DNA of 64,000 nt from a virus, in IMG/VR virus record IMGVR_UViG_3300041964_000068, positions 14,515 through 78,514 of that record. One strand, written 5' to 3'. Below the pieces are notes generated by a model. It was not told where the DNA came from. It worked only from the letters and a program-made list of their open reading frames with translations, and did no database searches. Shown here one piece after another: positions 30,541-39,929 of the stretch. A program made the position numbers and the translations under genes. The stretch's first letter is position 1; every line of letters begins with the position of its first letter.

Positions 30541-31422
30541 ATGGGTAAGGATTCAAAGATCGCTTGGACAACGCACACTTTTAACGCCTGGTACGGTTGC
30601 GACGAAGTATCCCCGGCCTGCGATAACTGCTACGCTCGGCTGTTGATGGATGAACGCTATCACAGAGTCAAGTGGGGTAAAGGTCAACCAAGAATTAGAA
30701 CCAGTGAAAAATACTGGAAACAGCCCTACCAGTGGGACACTGAGGCCAAAGCTCAAGGCGTCCGGCATCGTGTGTTCTCGCTGTCGCTGGGAGACTGGCT
30801 GGACGACGAGGTTCCAATCGAGTGGCTAGCCAGTCTCCTTGCTGTTGTCTTCATGACACCTCATCTTGACTGGCTACTGCTTACCAAGCGAATCGAAGAC
30901 TTTGAAAGCCGGATGTACCAAGTTGTTCGCACGATAGAAGAAGGCACTCCGGCCTGGGTTCTGGCTGAGGACTGGAGGAACGGCCTTCCGCCGCAAAATG
31001 TGTGGCTAGGGGTGACAGTTGAGAATCAAGAGATGGCTGACAAGCGTATTCCTTTACTCGCGAATGCTCCTGCCAAAATCCGCTTTTTAAGCTGTGAACC
31101 GCTGCTAGAGGGAATCGACCTGAGTAAATTCTTTAACATTTACTCCAGCGGTGAAGGCACGAACAGCTACGCCTCAGATCAGCCCTTCGATCAGGTCATT
31201 TTTGGCGGAGAGAGCGGCAGCAATGCTCGACCATTCGATCTAAGTGCAACGCGAAAGATGATCCAGCAATGCAACTCAGCGGGTATCGCAGTCTTTGTTA
31301 AGCAACTTGGGCGGCGACCTGTCGAGAATGGGGTGACGCTAAAGCTGAGCGATCGAGAGGGCAAGAACATTGAAGAGTTCCCCGCCGATCTCCAAATTCG
31401 TGCGTTTCCTGATCGCGGCTAA
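30541..31422 (+). CDS. DUF5131 / phage Gp37Gp68 family three-Cys protein
   Basis: SKIAWTTHTFN, GCDEVSPACDNCYA, LLLTKR, NVWLGVTVENQ, RFLSCEPLL, GGESG, FVKQLG. Confidence 0.93.
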   Translation: MGKDSKIAWTTHTFNAWYGCDEVSPACDNCYARLLMDERYHRVKWGKGQPRIRTSEKYWKQPYQWDTEAKAQGVRHRVFSLSLGDWLDDEVPIEWLASLLAVVFMTPHLDWLLLTKRIEDFESRMYQVVRTIEEGTPAWVLAEDWRNGLPPQNVWLGVTVENQEMADKRIPLLANAPAKIRFLSCEPLLEGIDLSKFFNIYSSGEGTNSYASDQPFDQVIFGGESGSNARPFDLSATRKMIQQCNSAGIAVFVKQLGRRPVENGVTLKLSDREGKNIEEFPADLQIRAFPDRG

Positions 31423-31463
31423 ACAATCGCTTAAGCTTAAGCAGACCTATTCTGCTTAAGCCG

Positions 31464-31721
31464 ATGACGATTACCGCGACTAAAATCCCCCTACGCCCCG
31501 GTCAACCGATCGGGCAAAGAACAGACAAGCTTGCGGCGTCTTGGGCGACAACAGCTTACCTACTGTTTGACCAACAAGCCGCTTGTTGGTATGTGGTGCT
31601 GAATAGCAAGGTTCTCTCGGTTCACAACAACGAGACGGCAGGTAAAACCGCGCATAAGAAACTTGTCACCGCTCTGAACGCCCAACTACAGACGGTGATT
31701 CAATCCTTGATTAAGACTTGA
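31464..31721 (+). CDS. Hypothetical protein
   Basis: Clean ORF in operon. Confidence 0.55.
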   Translation: MTITATKIPLRPGQPIGQRTDKLAASWATTAYLLFDQQAACWYVVLNSKVLSVHNNETAGKTAHKKLVTALNAQLQTVIQSLIKT

Positions 31722-31746
31722 CGCTTCCCCGTAAGTCGGATACGAT
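31718..31746 (+). promoter_or_regulatory. Phage promoter motif copy 3 (TTGACG-17-TACGAT)
   Basis: TTGACGCTTCCCCGTAAGTCGGATACGAT upstream of the AAA gene. Confidence 0.7.
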
Positions 31747-31781
31747 CAAAAGCGTAGGTAGTTAATCAAGCGAGTCACACG

Positions 31782-33758
31782 ATGCTTTCACCTTTCGCCA
31801 AGATCACTACGGCCTTCCGTGCTTCACAGTCTGCCTGTTCTTTATCGTTACCCAAACGCTGCATGAGCGTTGAAGCCTTGGACGCGGTTTATCGTAATGT
31901 CGCTACGCCCCTCGGCATGGAGATGATCGTGTTCGATCGTGAGCGCGGCCTGCGCTGCGTCAGCTTCCCGGTCGGGCAAGACGGAACGAGCTTAGACCCG
32001 AATAAAGGCGTGGTGTTTAATTCCCACGTCCGGCTAGGGGTAGTCGTAGGCGAAGAGTTTCACCCGCTTGTGCCTTGCAAGCTTTACTCCGAGTCGAACT
32101 TTGCAAGCATCCCGACCGGAATGCTTAACGCAGGTGAAACACAACAGATTCGCATGATGGACGGAACGACCTTCACCGATCGCCAGGGTGTGACATGGTG
32201 TGAGCTTGACTCAAATCGCTGGGTAGCCGAAACCGTTCCCTTACCCCGATTCGCTGATCCGATGGTCGAAGTGTGGAACTGGATGCGAACCTATCTCTCT
32301 CCGGCAACAGGCGGGCGGGTGTTATTCGTTTTGAACGGAATCCACCCATACCTTGAAGGGCAGTTTGGCGATAGCGATTTCGGGCAGGTTATCAAGCAAG
32401 GTCTGCTCAACGTAGCAGAAGACCTGAAGCTTTCACATAAGCGCGTTCTGATCTTAGGTGAGCAAGTCACACTCGATCGCAGCTTTAACGGAATGGTTGA
32501 ATCGGCCTCACTCTCACTGCCTTCTGTGCGGGAGTTCGCTACGCGCCTGCCGCTAATCTTGAAAGATTTGAATTCCAGCTTTGAGCAAGCGCGACTGCGT
32601 AAAGAGTTTGAAGGCAAGCATGAGGAAGCTCTTGCTCTGACGCTCAAGGTTTCTCTCACACCCGAACAGGAGTTGACCTTGTGCCACAAGGCCAGTGGCC
32701 TCAGCTTGGAAGAATTCGCCTATGTAATTCGGTTAGACGCTACTTCGCGTTACCGCATTGACGAGCAAACAATCAGCTTAATCGAGCAGAAACAGCTTGA
32801 GAGCTTCCGCGCCAACAAGCTTGACGTGATTGACCTGTCAGGTGAAGACGTTCCGGCTGGACTGGAATCTTTCAAGCAATGGGTTGCAGATCGCAAAGAT
32901 CTCTTCTGGGCTTCGGTTGCCGAAGATCGCGATCCTGATGAGATGGACATTCCCGCGCCGAAAGGCTGTCTACTCCTGGGGCTTCCCGGCACAGGTAAAA
33001 GCGCGATGTCGAAGGGACTCGCCCTACTTTGGGGACTGCCTCTCGTGCGGCTGAACCTTCCGGCAATGAAAGATAGTTTCGTAGGCCAAACCACGAAAAA
33101 TATCCGCGCGGCACTGGATGCGGTTGAAGGTGGTGGTACGCCGAAGATTTTGTGGGTTGACGAAATCGACAAGGCCGCTGCCGGAGCCGCCTCCGACTAT
33201 CAGGGCGATAGCGGTACAAGCAAGGAGTTAATAGGGGAGTTCCTGACCTGGATGCAGGAGAAGCAATCGCCTGTCTTTGTGATAATGACGGCGAACGATA
33301 TCTCTAAGCTCGAAGCCGCCCACCCGGAACTGTTTAGAGCCGGACGCCTTGACGCAACCTTCTTTGTTGATCTGCCGAACGCCACCGAGCGCGAAGCGAT
33401 TTTGAGTCTCTACCTGTCAAAGCAAGGCTGCAAGCTCAGCGAAAAAGACATGGCGACGTTGGTGGCGAAGACGGAGACATTCGTCGGCTCTGAAATCGAG
33501 CAGCTAGTTAAGGACGCGATGATCGTCGCCGCTCGGAACGGTCGCCGCAAAAAAGGTGAGCTGCACCTGGGCGATCTGCTCCTCGCTCGCGAAACCATTC
33601 GCCCGATCGCCGCCAAGATGGGCGTCAAAGTTGCCGAGCTACAGAGTTGGGCGAGAGACAACGCAATCAGCGCCTCTCTGCCTGATGTTTCTTTGCCTGC
33701 GAAACAGAGCAGCCGTCAACCTGTCGCCGTTACCGAACCGGACAACCTGCTGCTGTAG
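31782..33758 (+). CDS. Ycf46-like AAA+ ATPase
   Basis: GLESFKQW...PAPKGCLLLGLPGTGKS; ILWVDEIDK; FVIMTAND; PELFRAGRLDATFFVDLP; LQSWA; degenerate N-terminal AAA-like region. Confidence 0.9.
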   Translation: MLSPFAKITTAFRASQSACSLSLPKRCMSVEALDAVYRNVATPLGMEMIVFDRERGLRCVSFPVGQDGTSLDPNKGVVFNSHVRLGVVVGEEFHPLVPCKLYSESNFASIPTGMLNAGETQQIRMMDGTTFTDRQGVTWCELDSNRWVAETVPLPRFADPMVEVWNWMRTYLSPATGGRVLFVLNGIHPYLEGQFGDSDFGQVIKQGLLNVAEDLKLSHKRVLILGEQVTLDRSFNGMVESASLSLPSVREFATRLPLILKDLNSSFEQARLRKEFEGKHEEALALTLKVSLTPEQELTLCHKASGLSLEEFAYVIRLDATSRYRIDEQTISLIEQKQLESFRANKLDVIDLSGEDVPAGLESFKQWVADRKDLFWASVAEDRDPDEMDIPAPKGCLLLGLPGTGKSAMSKGLALLWGLPLVRLNLPAMKDSFVGQTTKNIRAALDAVEGGGTPKILWVDEIDKAAAGAASDYQGDSGTSKELIGEFLTWMQEKQSPVFVIMTANDISKLEAAHPELFRAGRLDATFFVDLPNATEREAILSLYLSKQGCKLSEKDMATLVAKTETFVGSEIEQLVKDAMIVAARNGRRKKGELHLGDLLLARETIRPIAAKMGVKVAELQSWARDNAISASLPDVSLPAKQSSRQPVAVTEPDNLLL

Positions 33759-33822
33759 GTCGAGCGTGTCGGGCAGGGTGCATCTACTTGAAACTCACAT
33801 CATTATCAGGAGATAAAAAAAC

Positions 33823-34284
33823 ATGGCTTTTCCTACCTGCCCTCACTGCGGTAAAAACGATACTCGTGTTATTCAAAGTGTCAGGCTTGAAGGCTGGCGT
33901 CGATTCAAATGTCGGAGCCAAGGCTGTCTAAAGTCTTTCAAGCGAGCGTGGGAATTGGACGGCGATCTAAAAGGCAATAGCAGACTTGCCCTGACACCAA
34001 GACCCGCTAATGCAAAATCTCGCATGAACCAAATTACGGCGTTCCCTAAAGCGCCTCGTTCAGACGGCGATGAGGTGCAGCCAGTTCGCGATCGAATTAT
34101 TTTCGCCTTCCAGCACCAGACTAATTTAACGATGGATCAAATCAAGAAAGCTGTTCCCGCTACCTACAAAGTATTCGATCAAGCTTTTGAGCAACTTCTA
34201 CGCGAGGGTGAAATCAGCCTAGCCAATAAAGGGTTTCCAAAACTTTACCGCTGCAACAATATTCAGTCGCGAAAGTCGAGCTAG
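33823..34284 (+). CDS. Zinc-ribbon (NrdR/Ogr-like) plus wHTH regulator
   Basis: CPHCGKNDTRVIQS...RRFKC...CLKSF and a C-terminal wHTH-like segment. Confidence 0.6.
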   Translation: MAFPTCPHCGKNDTRVIQSVRLEGWRRFKCRSQGCLKSFKRAWELDGDLKGNSRLALTPRPANAKSRMNQITAFPKAPRSDGDEVQPVRDRIIFAFQHQTNLTMDQIKKAVPATYKVFDQAFEQLLREGEISLANKGFPKLYRCNNIQSRKSS

Positions 34285-34286
34285 AT

Positions 34287-34727
34287 ATGGCGCTAGAAAT
34301 TCGCTCAGCTATACGATTCTTGATCCGAGATCTTGTCAAAGCAGACGGAAGGTTTCGCCGTATTCAGCAATGGCTACCTTGCTACTGCTTTCCTCGACTT
34401 GTCGCCTTGATCTGGCTAATTCCCGAAGTCCAGTATTTCCTCGTTGATGAACTGCTGGAAAAGTTTCTCGGCCTGTCTCGCCGCCTGATCCTGGAAAGCG
34501 ATGAAACGGTGGGAGATGAGTTTCAAGCACGGCTCGATCGCACGTTCTCGCAATTAATGCAATTGACGACTAACTTGCGACTGCGAGAGCAAAAGCCCAG
34601 CGTCATCTATGCGGGTGCGGAGCCGTTGTTTATATGGCTTTCAGAACCGCACCCCGAATTCTACCACTACGAACTTTATCATGTTATGGTGAAAGTGTTG
34701 GGGATGAATCAAGTAGAGGACTCATGA
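34287..34727 (+). CDS. Hypothetical protein
   Basis: Tightly coupled ORF. Confidence 0.6.
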   Translation: MALEIRSAIRFLIRDLVKADGRFRRIQQWLPCYCFPRLVALIWLIPEVQYFLVDELLEKFLGLSRRLILESDETVGDEFQARLDRTFSQLMQLTTNLRLREQKPSVIYAGAEPLFIWLSEPHPEFYHYELYHVMVKVLGMNQVEDS

Positions 34728-35308
34728 GCAGCATTAAAAAATGGGGCGGAACAAGGGTCGCCTCTCCGGGCAAAGCGTTAGGCCGTCCACCGATCGGCGG
34801 GCGTGAAATCTGCGTCAGGATCATGCCTTGGCTAATCATGGCATTTAGCTTGAAACAGAAAGATCGCCGCAAACCGGATGCTGCACGAATTAAAGAAGCA
34901 CTGTTCAAAGCAGTCTTGTTCGTCAAGTCCAACCCCGACGACCCGATCGCCAAACTTCAGCCCAGCCGCACGCCCTACGGGGCAAAGCAAAAAGGTTGGC
35001 ATCCGAGCGTGACGATGACAAATATCTGGTTCGCCCCGCATTTACTTGCCGCGCTGGAGTCGGTTCGGCAAAGTTTTGAGGACGGCGAGAAAGAGGATGA
35101 CTCCCACTTGATTAGACGGTTGTTGACTGTTGCCGCCGCGCTCGAAGGAGCGGTAGAAGGTAGCGATCCTCTACCGGAGTTCTCACAGTACGCGAACGCC
35201 GCCCCGGACGACAATGGTGAGGGAGTGGATGATCCGGAGGACGTGAAAATCCTCCAGCGGCGTCACGTCAAGCACAGCACCACCCCTCGCCAACACCGCC
35301 GACAGTAA
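34724..35308 (+). CDS. Hypothetical DNA-binding-like protein (WGG...GRPP N-terminus)
   Basis: ATG at 34724 with GAGGA RBS and ATGA overlap. Confidence 0.6.
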   Translation: MSSIKKWGGTRVASPGKALGRPPIGGREICVRIMPWLIMAFSLKQKDRRKPDAARIKEALFKAVLFVKSNPDDPIAKLQPSRTPYGAKQKGWHPSVTMTNIWFAPHLLAALESVRQSFEDGEKEDDSHLIRRLLTVAAALEGAVEGSDPLPEFSQYANAAPDDNGEGVDDPEDVKILQRRHVKHSTTPRQHRRQ

Positions 35309-35365
35309 CGCCCCACAAGTTTCTCTCCTGCTGCGTCCCCCTACGAAACTAGGGGGATTTTTTTA

Positions 35366-35395
35366 TTGACGCTTTCGCGTAAGCTAGTGTAATAT
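35366..35395 (+). promoter_or_regulatory. Phage promoter motif copy 4 (TTGACG-18-TAATAT)
   Basis: TTGACGCTTTCGCGTAAGCTAGTGTAATAT. Confidence 0.7.
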
Positions 35396-35428
35396 GTAAA
35401 GTATAAATCAAGTTGAAGGAGAACAGCG

Positions 35429-36781
35429 GTGGCTAAGCTCGACATGGCGGACGTGGTAACACTGGCAAGCGCAGAGGGAACGGGGCTAAGCAAAAAACTC
35501 AGCACGGTACTGGTTGAGACGACGATTAGCATCAGGGTAGGCTTCGGCGCAATCAAGCTGCCGAGCAGCGACTTGAAGGGAAGCGAATACCTGTCAAAGG
35601 TGTACGCCGCAAATGGTGTAAAGTCCAACGATTCGATTCAAATCTACGAAGCTCAAGGCATCGACCCCGAAAGCGGTAAGGTTGTCACTTTAAGCCCAGC
35701 CTGGGCAAAGAACAAGCTCACCGCAAGCGCCCAAGAAATACAAGAAGCCTATTCAATCGGCGGCAAGCTCTACTCGCAAGAAGACTTTCCTAAAGTCAAT
35801 CAACAGATCGAGCAGATGATCGAGCGGTCTGAGCGGCTACTTGAAACCCTGCTTCTCCCTGTGAACTGGAATGCCGCTGAAGCGACTTATCAAGAGAAGG
35901 TATCGAACATTTTTGCCGCACTAGCTCAGGAGTCGGCACTGGAGCGCGATCGACTCATCACCGCTGATCCACTTTGCGCGGATGAGGCGCACAGAGCGCA
36001 TGAGGAGCGGCTTGAGGGCTACGACCGTAAGCGCTGTCGGATGCTCAACAAGTTCCCCACGCCCGAAGAGTTCCGCAAGAAATTTAAGGTGTCCAACAGC
36101 GAACCGATTGTGCGCGGTTCTGTGATTGGCGCGGTTTCTCAAAGTGCTGACGCCGTAAAACACTTGGCGGAAATTGAAACCGCTCAAGGTGATTTAGCCT
36201 TTGCTCGTGCAGTTTCAGAGGCGCGAAATCGGGCGCTGGAAGATTTCAAGCAGGCGACACAGGAGCGCATCGAAACCCTGCACGATGAGTTCAGCGAACA
36301 TATCCTCAATGCCCTGAAATCACTAGATGGCCTGGGCGCGAAAGAAATTTCCAACAAGGCCAAGAACGCCCTCGACTTTCAGCTAACCCGCTGCGAAGCG
36401 ATTCTCAACCTGCTTGCCGGACTATCACAGTTTGAACCTGACCTGACCAAGCCGCAAACCGATTCGCAAACGGCGATCGAAGCGATGGCAGGAATTCAGG
36501 ACTTGACGAGCAAGCTGCGGCAGGGCTTCGAGGACTCCAGTAACTCTCGTGAACAATGTCAGGCTCAACTGCAAGCCTTCCGCCGCAGCCTCGCCCAAAC
36601 GATAAATGTCATCCATCAGGGAGAAGGAACACAAGCTCTGGCGGAATGGTGCTTACTTGATCAGGGTGAAGCGCCGATCGTCGCCTCTGCCGCTCCTGCT
36701 CAAGAGGTTCTGATTGATACGCAGACCTCTAACCCCACGCCCGCTGCAACGCCTTCTAGCGCCGTTGAACTCCTGATCTAG
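35429..36781 (+). CDS. Helical protein, possibly DUF3150-like
   Basis: AAGGAG RBS, GTG start; KFPTPEEFRKKF motif; context with the AAA, DUF1257 and DUF2997 genes. Confidence 0.55.
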   Translation: MAKLDMADVVTLASAEGTGLSKKLSTVLVETTISIRVGFGAIKLPSSDLKGSEYLSKVYAANGVKSNDSIQIYEAQGIDPESGKVVTLSPAWAKNKLTASAQEIQEAYSIGGKLYSQEDFPKVNQQIEQMIERSERLLETLLLPVNWNAAEATYQEKVSNIFAALAQESALERDRLITADPLCADEAHRAHEERLEGYDRKRCRMLNKFPTPEEFRKKFKVSNSEPIVRGSVIGAVSQSADAVKHLAEIETAQGDLAFARAVSEARNRALEDFKQATQERIETLHDEFSEHILNALKSLDGLGAKEISNKAKNALDFQLTRCEAILNLLAGLSQFEPDLTKPQTDSQTAIEAMAGIQDLTSKLRQGFEDSSNSREQCQAQLQAFRRSLAQTINVIHQGEGTQALAEWCLLDQGEAPIVASAAPAQEVLIDTQTSNPTPAATPSSAVELLI

Positions 36782-36789
36782 ATTCTTAA

Positions 36790-36834
36790 AAAAATACGAG
36801 GGCGATCGAATCAACCGATCGCCCTCGTATTTTC
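36790..36834. terminator. Bidirectional intrinsic terminator
   Basis: AAAATACGAGGGCGATCG-aatcaac-CGATCGCCCTCGTATTTT perfect stem. Confidence 0.88.
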
Positions 36835-36846
36835 ACCAAGTAGTTT

Positions 36847-37446
36847 TTAGGTGCTTTGGTTGTATATCTGTAGCTGCCTGAATCTTTCTCGAATCGCTTC
36901 GACCACAGTTTTCGCCATATCTGCATCGTACTTGTCTAACATTTGTCTTCCAAACAAGCCGTCTTCTTCTTTCAATAACTGCACGAAAATCTCTTTAGCT
37001 CTTGACCGCGCATCATTAGCTTCAAGTTCGCGCAGGAGAAAAACAATCAGGTACTCTAATGCGTTGATTTCTCTGTTTCTAGATTTAATCTCCTGGTTTT
37101 TCCGCTTCAGCTTCTCATTGAGTTCAATGATGGTATATCCACGAGACTCTTCCTTTTTGGCTCTGAGTTCTTCCTCCCTGGCTTTAGCTTGTTGTGTGCG
37201 CTTCAACCCTTCCAAATAAACAATATTGCGCTCAATTCGAGATCTGGATTCAGCCTCTTTATTGACTTTATATACAGCGTCATCTGTTTCAATGCCCACC
37301 TTACGATTATTTCTAAGCTCACCAAGTCTTGCTTTGATTACTTCGTCCTTGATAGCAAGATCGGCTTGAGCTTGAAATACTTCGGCGTCTGAGGCATGAG
37401 AGTAATAGACTCGACGTTCTTCAATCCAGTCAGCTAAGTTTTTCAT
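36847..37446 (-). CDS. AT-rich coiled-coil protein, moron-like
   Basis: Opposite strand to its neighbours, visibly lower GC, own terminator. Confidence 0.65.
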   Translation of the reverse strand: MKNLADWIEERRVYYSHASDAEVFQAQADLAIKDEVIKARLGELRNNRKVGIETDDAVYKVNKEAESRSRIERNIVYLEGLKRTQQAKAREEELRAKKEESRGYTIIELNEKLKRKNQEIKSRNREINALEYLIVFLLRELEANDARSRAKEIFVQLLKEEDGLFGRQMLDKYDADMAKTVVEAIRERFRQLQIYNQST

Positions 37447-37524
37447 TGTGTGTGCTTTTTCGGTCGTTGCAGCACTGGGACTTGTACTGCTGAAACCAAG
37501 TCTAACACTATTTTCTTATCCGGC

Positions 37525-37553
37525 TTGACACTTATCTGTAAGTCGCTTAAGAT
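37525..37553 (+). promoter_or_regulatory. Phage promoter motif copy 5 (TTGACA-17-TAAGAT)
   Basis: TTGACACTTATCTGTAAGTCGCTTAAGAT upstream of the DUF1257 gene. Confidence 0.7.
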
Positions 37554-37586
37554 AATGTGTAGGTAGTAAATCAAGTGAGGTTTCTG

Positions 37587-38039
37587 ATGTCACACTTCGC
37601 AAAAGTCAAGCTAAAGGCTTCTCTCGAATTGGTTCGCTCCACGCTTAACGCGATGGGATTGAGCTACACAGAGCATCCGCAAGGTAAACAGATGGCTTTT
37701 AACCCTGCCTGGGGCGAGCAAATTCACATCGCTCACCTCATTATTGACCGCGAATCTCTGAGAAGTCGATCGGGTGGGGACTACTACCCCTCAATGGATG
37801 TGGGCTTTGTCAAGAACGAAGACAACACATATTCACCAGTGCTAGACGAGTACGTTCTGCGGGGTCATAACCAGAACTTCGGTCAGCAGTTCGCCCTCAA
37901 GTACACAGAGCTAGCCGCTGAGCAGCAAGGCTATACCGTAGTGCGTGATTCAGCGGGCAATCCTGTATTTCGAGAAGGCAAGAACGGTGAAAGAACGCTG
38001 TCAATCCAGCCCGCCAAGCGAGCCGTAGTGCGCCGATAG
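37587..38039 (+). CDS. DUF1257 / Ycf35-like protein
   Basis: MSHFAKVK..., DVGFVKNEDNTY..VLDEY, KY...AEQQGYTV. Confidence 0.8.
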   Translation: MSHFAKVKLKASLELVRSTLNAMGLSYTEHPQGKQMAFNPAWGEQIHIAHLIIDRESLRSRSGGDYYPSMDVGFVKNEDNTYSPVLDEYVLRGHNQNFGQQFALKYTELAAEQQGYTVVRDSAGNPVFREGKNGERTLSIQPAKRAVVRR

Positions 38040-38096
38040 GTTCTCAGTTCCGCTGTCAATTCAAGAAAACATCTCATTTACGCCAAGGAAAACATC

Positions 38097-38303
38097 ATGT
38101 CAGAGCCAGTAATCGAAATCACGGTCGGGAAAAATGGGGAAATTGTAGTTGACCCGATCGGCTTTCAGGGTAGCGAGTGCGACAAGGCGACCGCTCCTCT
38201 GTACGAGGTGTTGGGTGACATCTCAGACCGGGAAAACAAGCCTGAATATTTCTCGATTGATCCCAACAATCGCAGTTCCGCTCAGGCTCGAATTCGCGCA
38301 TAG
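38097..38303 (+). CDS. DUF2997 family protein
   Basis: IEITVGKNGEI...GFQGSECDKAT...LG...KPEYF. Confidence 0.85.
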   Translation: MSEPVIEITVGKNGEIVVDPIGFQGSECDKATAPLYEVLGDISDRENKPEYFSIDPNNRSSAQARIRA

Positions 38304-38369
38304 GTTCGATGTAATGGGCGGCTGTTGAAGTCGCCCGCAAAACAATCTCAAGCGAAATACTAACGTTCA

Positions 38370-39197
38370 ATGCAGGCGGTCATGCAAACACTTACAACTC
38401 CCAAATCTACGGCGCTTCCGTTCACAGAATCATTTGCATTTCAGCATAACGAGCTAATTGAATTTGACGCCGCCAGCTTTCAAGCTTGGGTTGACGAGAT
38501 GCTACCTCAAGCTGCAAATCTCAAGCCCTGCACTGGCGACAATCCTGACGTAAGCGGTGGCACTGTCGAGCTAGGAAATTTCAAGCTCATGCGGCGAACA
38601 CTGCCAAAGACTTTTATGCAAACGCATAGCTCTCTTGGCGGTTTTTTCCCAAGTCGCCTCAAGAAGCCAATTGAGCGGCGAAGCACTCTCAAGATTTATC
38701 AGGGCGCAAAAGCTGGACAAGTGCAGTTTAGCGACGATGTTCATATTCCTGTCTTGGCGCAACCTCAAGGTGACAGGTGGAAGGTCTGGATGAGCCTCAC
38801 GCCGATGGAGATTGCAACCTGTCGCGGCGGTGTTAGGAAGGCTTTCGGTCGTGTACTGCTTGGTGGTCTAGGTCTGGGGTGGATGGCTCAACGAATTGCC
38901 GAACGAAAGCAGGTTGAGCGAGTGACGATCGTCGAGAGCAATCTTGATGTTCTTCAGTTCTTTGGTCAGCCGCTTGTTGAGAAGTTTGGCGCAAATCGCG
39001 TTCAACTTGTTCACGCTGATGTCTGGAAGTATATTGCCGATCGTAATTACGACTGCTACGACAGCTACATCATGGATGTTTGGAGCAGCTACGGGCAGGC
39101 CGAGTATTACCCGCCTTTCTGCGATCTCAAGGCGGAGTGCCAGAAGGCGGGTAAGAGAGTTTGGGGCTGGGGCGACGTTAAACACCTACCGGAGTAA
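38370..39197 (+). CDS. SAM-dependent methyltransferase / spermidine-synthase-like fold protein
   Basis: WMSLTPME; VLLGGLGLG; VTIVE; VHAD; YIMDVW. Confidence 0.8.
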   Translation: MQAVMQTLTTPKSTALPFTESFAFQHNELIEFDAASFQAWVDEMLPQAANLKPCTGDNPDVSGGTVELGNFKLMRRTLPKTFMQTHSSLGGFFPSRLKKPIERRSTLKIYQGAKAGQVQFSDDVHIPVLAQPQGDRWKVWMSLTPMEIATCRGGVRKAFGRVLLGGLGLGWMAQRIAERKQVERVTIVESNLDVLQFFGQPLVEKFGANRVQLVHADVWKYIADRNYDCYDSYIMDVWSSYGQAEYYPPFCDLKAECQKAGKRVWGWGDVKHLPE

Positions 39198-39241
39198 AAA
39201 TCATGCTGACAGGAAACCATGAAAAAATACCAGAGGGCTAA

Positions 39242-39640
39242 ATGATTCCCAAGCATTTAATTTCTAATCGCTGTCCTATTTGCAAAACACCCAAGTTTGG
39301 AAGCTCATCTCATCGTTGCCCACCCGTCTTCTACGTCTTGCTTCGGTTCAAGGGAGAGAATGAATTCTTGAACGAGCCGGGGAAGGTTTACGCCCTCAAT
39401 CCCGAAGAAGCGCTAGAGCGATTTGTCAAGCAGTTTGACAATGACACTGACTACCAAATTGCTTCAGACAATGAGTTTTTAGATGGGTTTGTTTTTACCG
39501 AGCGCACCTATAACGAAGCGCAAGAAACCGAGGAAGAAATCAACTGGCTGCAAGTGCCTCATGAATTCTTCGAGGTTGAAGGCTGCATGGTTTCTGATTA
39601 CGTAATTACCCAAAAGCAGGTGAGTAATGCCCAGCCGTAA
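39242..39640 (+). CDS. Hypothetical protein with N-terminal CxxC...HxC zinc motif
   Basis: CPICK...SHRCPP. Confidence 0.6.
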   Translation: MIPKHLISNRCPICKTPKFGSSSHRCPPVFYVLLRFKGENEFLNEPGKVYALNPEEALERFVKQFDNDTDYQIASDNEFLDGFVFTERTYNEAQETEEEINWLQVPHEFFEVEGCMVSDYVITQKQVSNAQP

Positions 39641-39929
39641 GCGCGATCTCTCAAAGATGCCCATTCAACCCTCTCCCTGCCGCACCTGCCCGTTCGAGGG
39701 AGAGGAGCCGATCCAACTGGAGCCGGAATCGTTAGCCCGCTATTACAAAAACTTAATAACGTTCCAATCAAGCCATCTTTGCCACAGCGCCAATAACAAC
39801 AAAATCTGTCGCGGTGGGCGCAATATTCAGCTACGAATTATGTGCCGTAAAAACATAATCGAAGCGCCGACAGATGAAGCTTTCACGAAAGCTATGAATG
39901 AATGCAAGGGAGATCAAGACAGTGAGTGA
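39627..39929 (+). CDS. Small Cys/His-rich metal-binding protein
   Basis: PCRTCPF...LCH...ICRG. Confidence 0.6.
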   Translation: MPSRKRDLSKMPIQPSPCRTCPFEGEEPIQLEPESLARYYKNLITFQSSHLCHSANNNKICRGGRNIQLRIMCRKNIIEAPTDEAFTKAMNECKGDQDSE

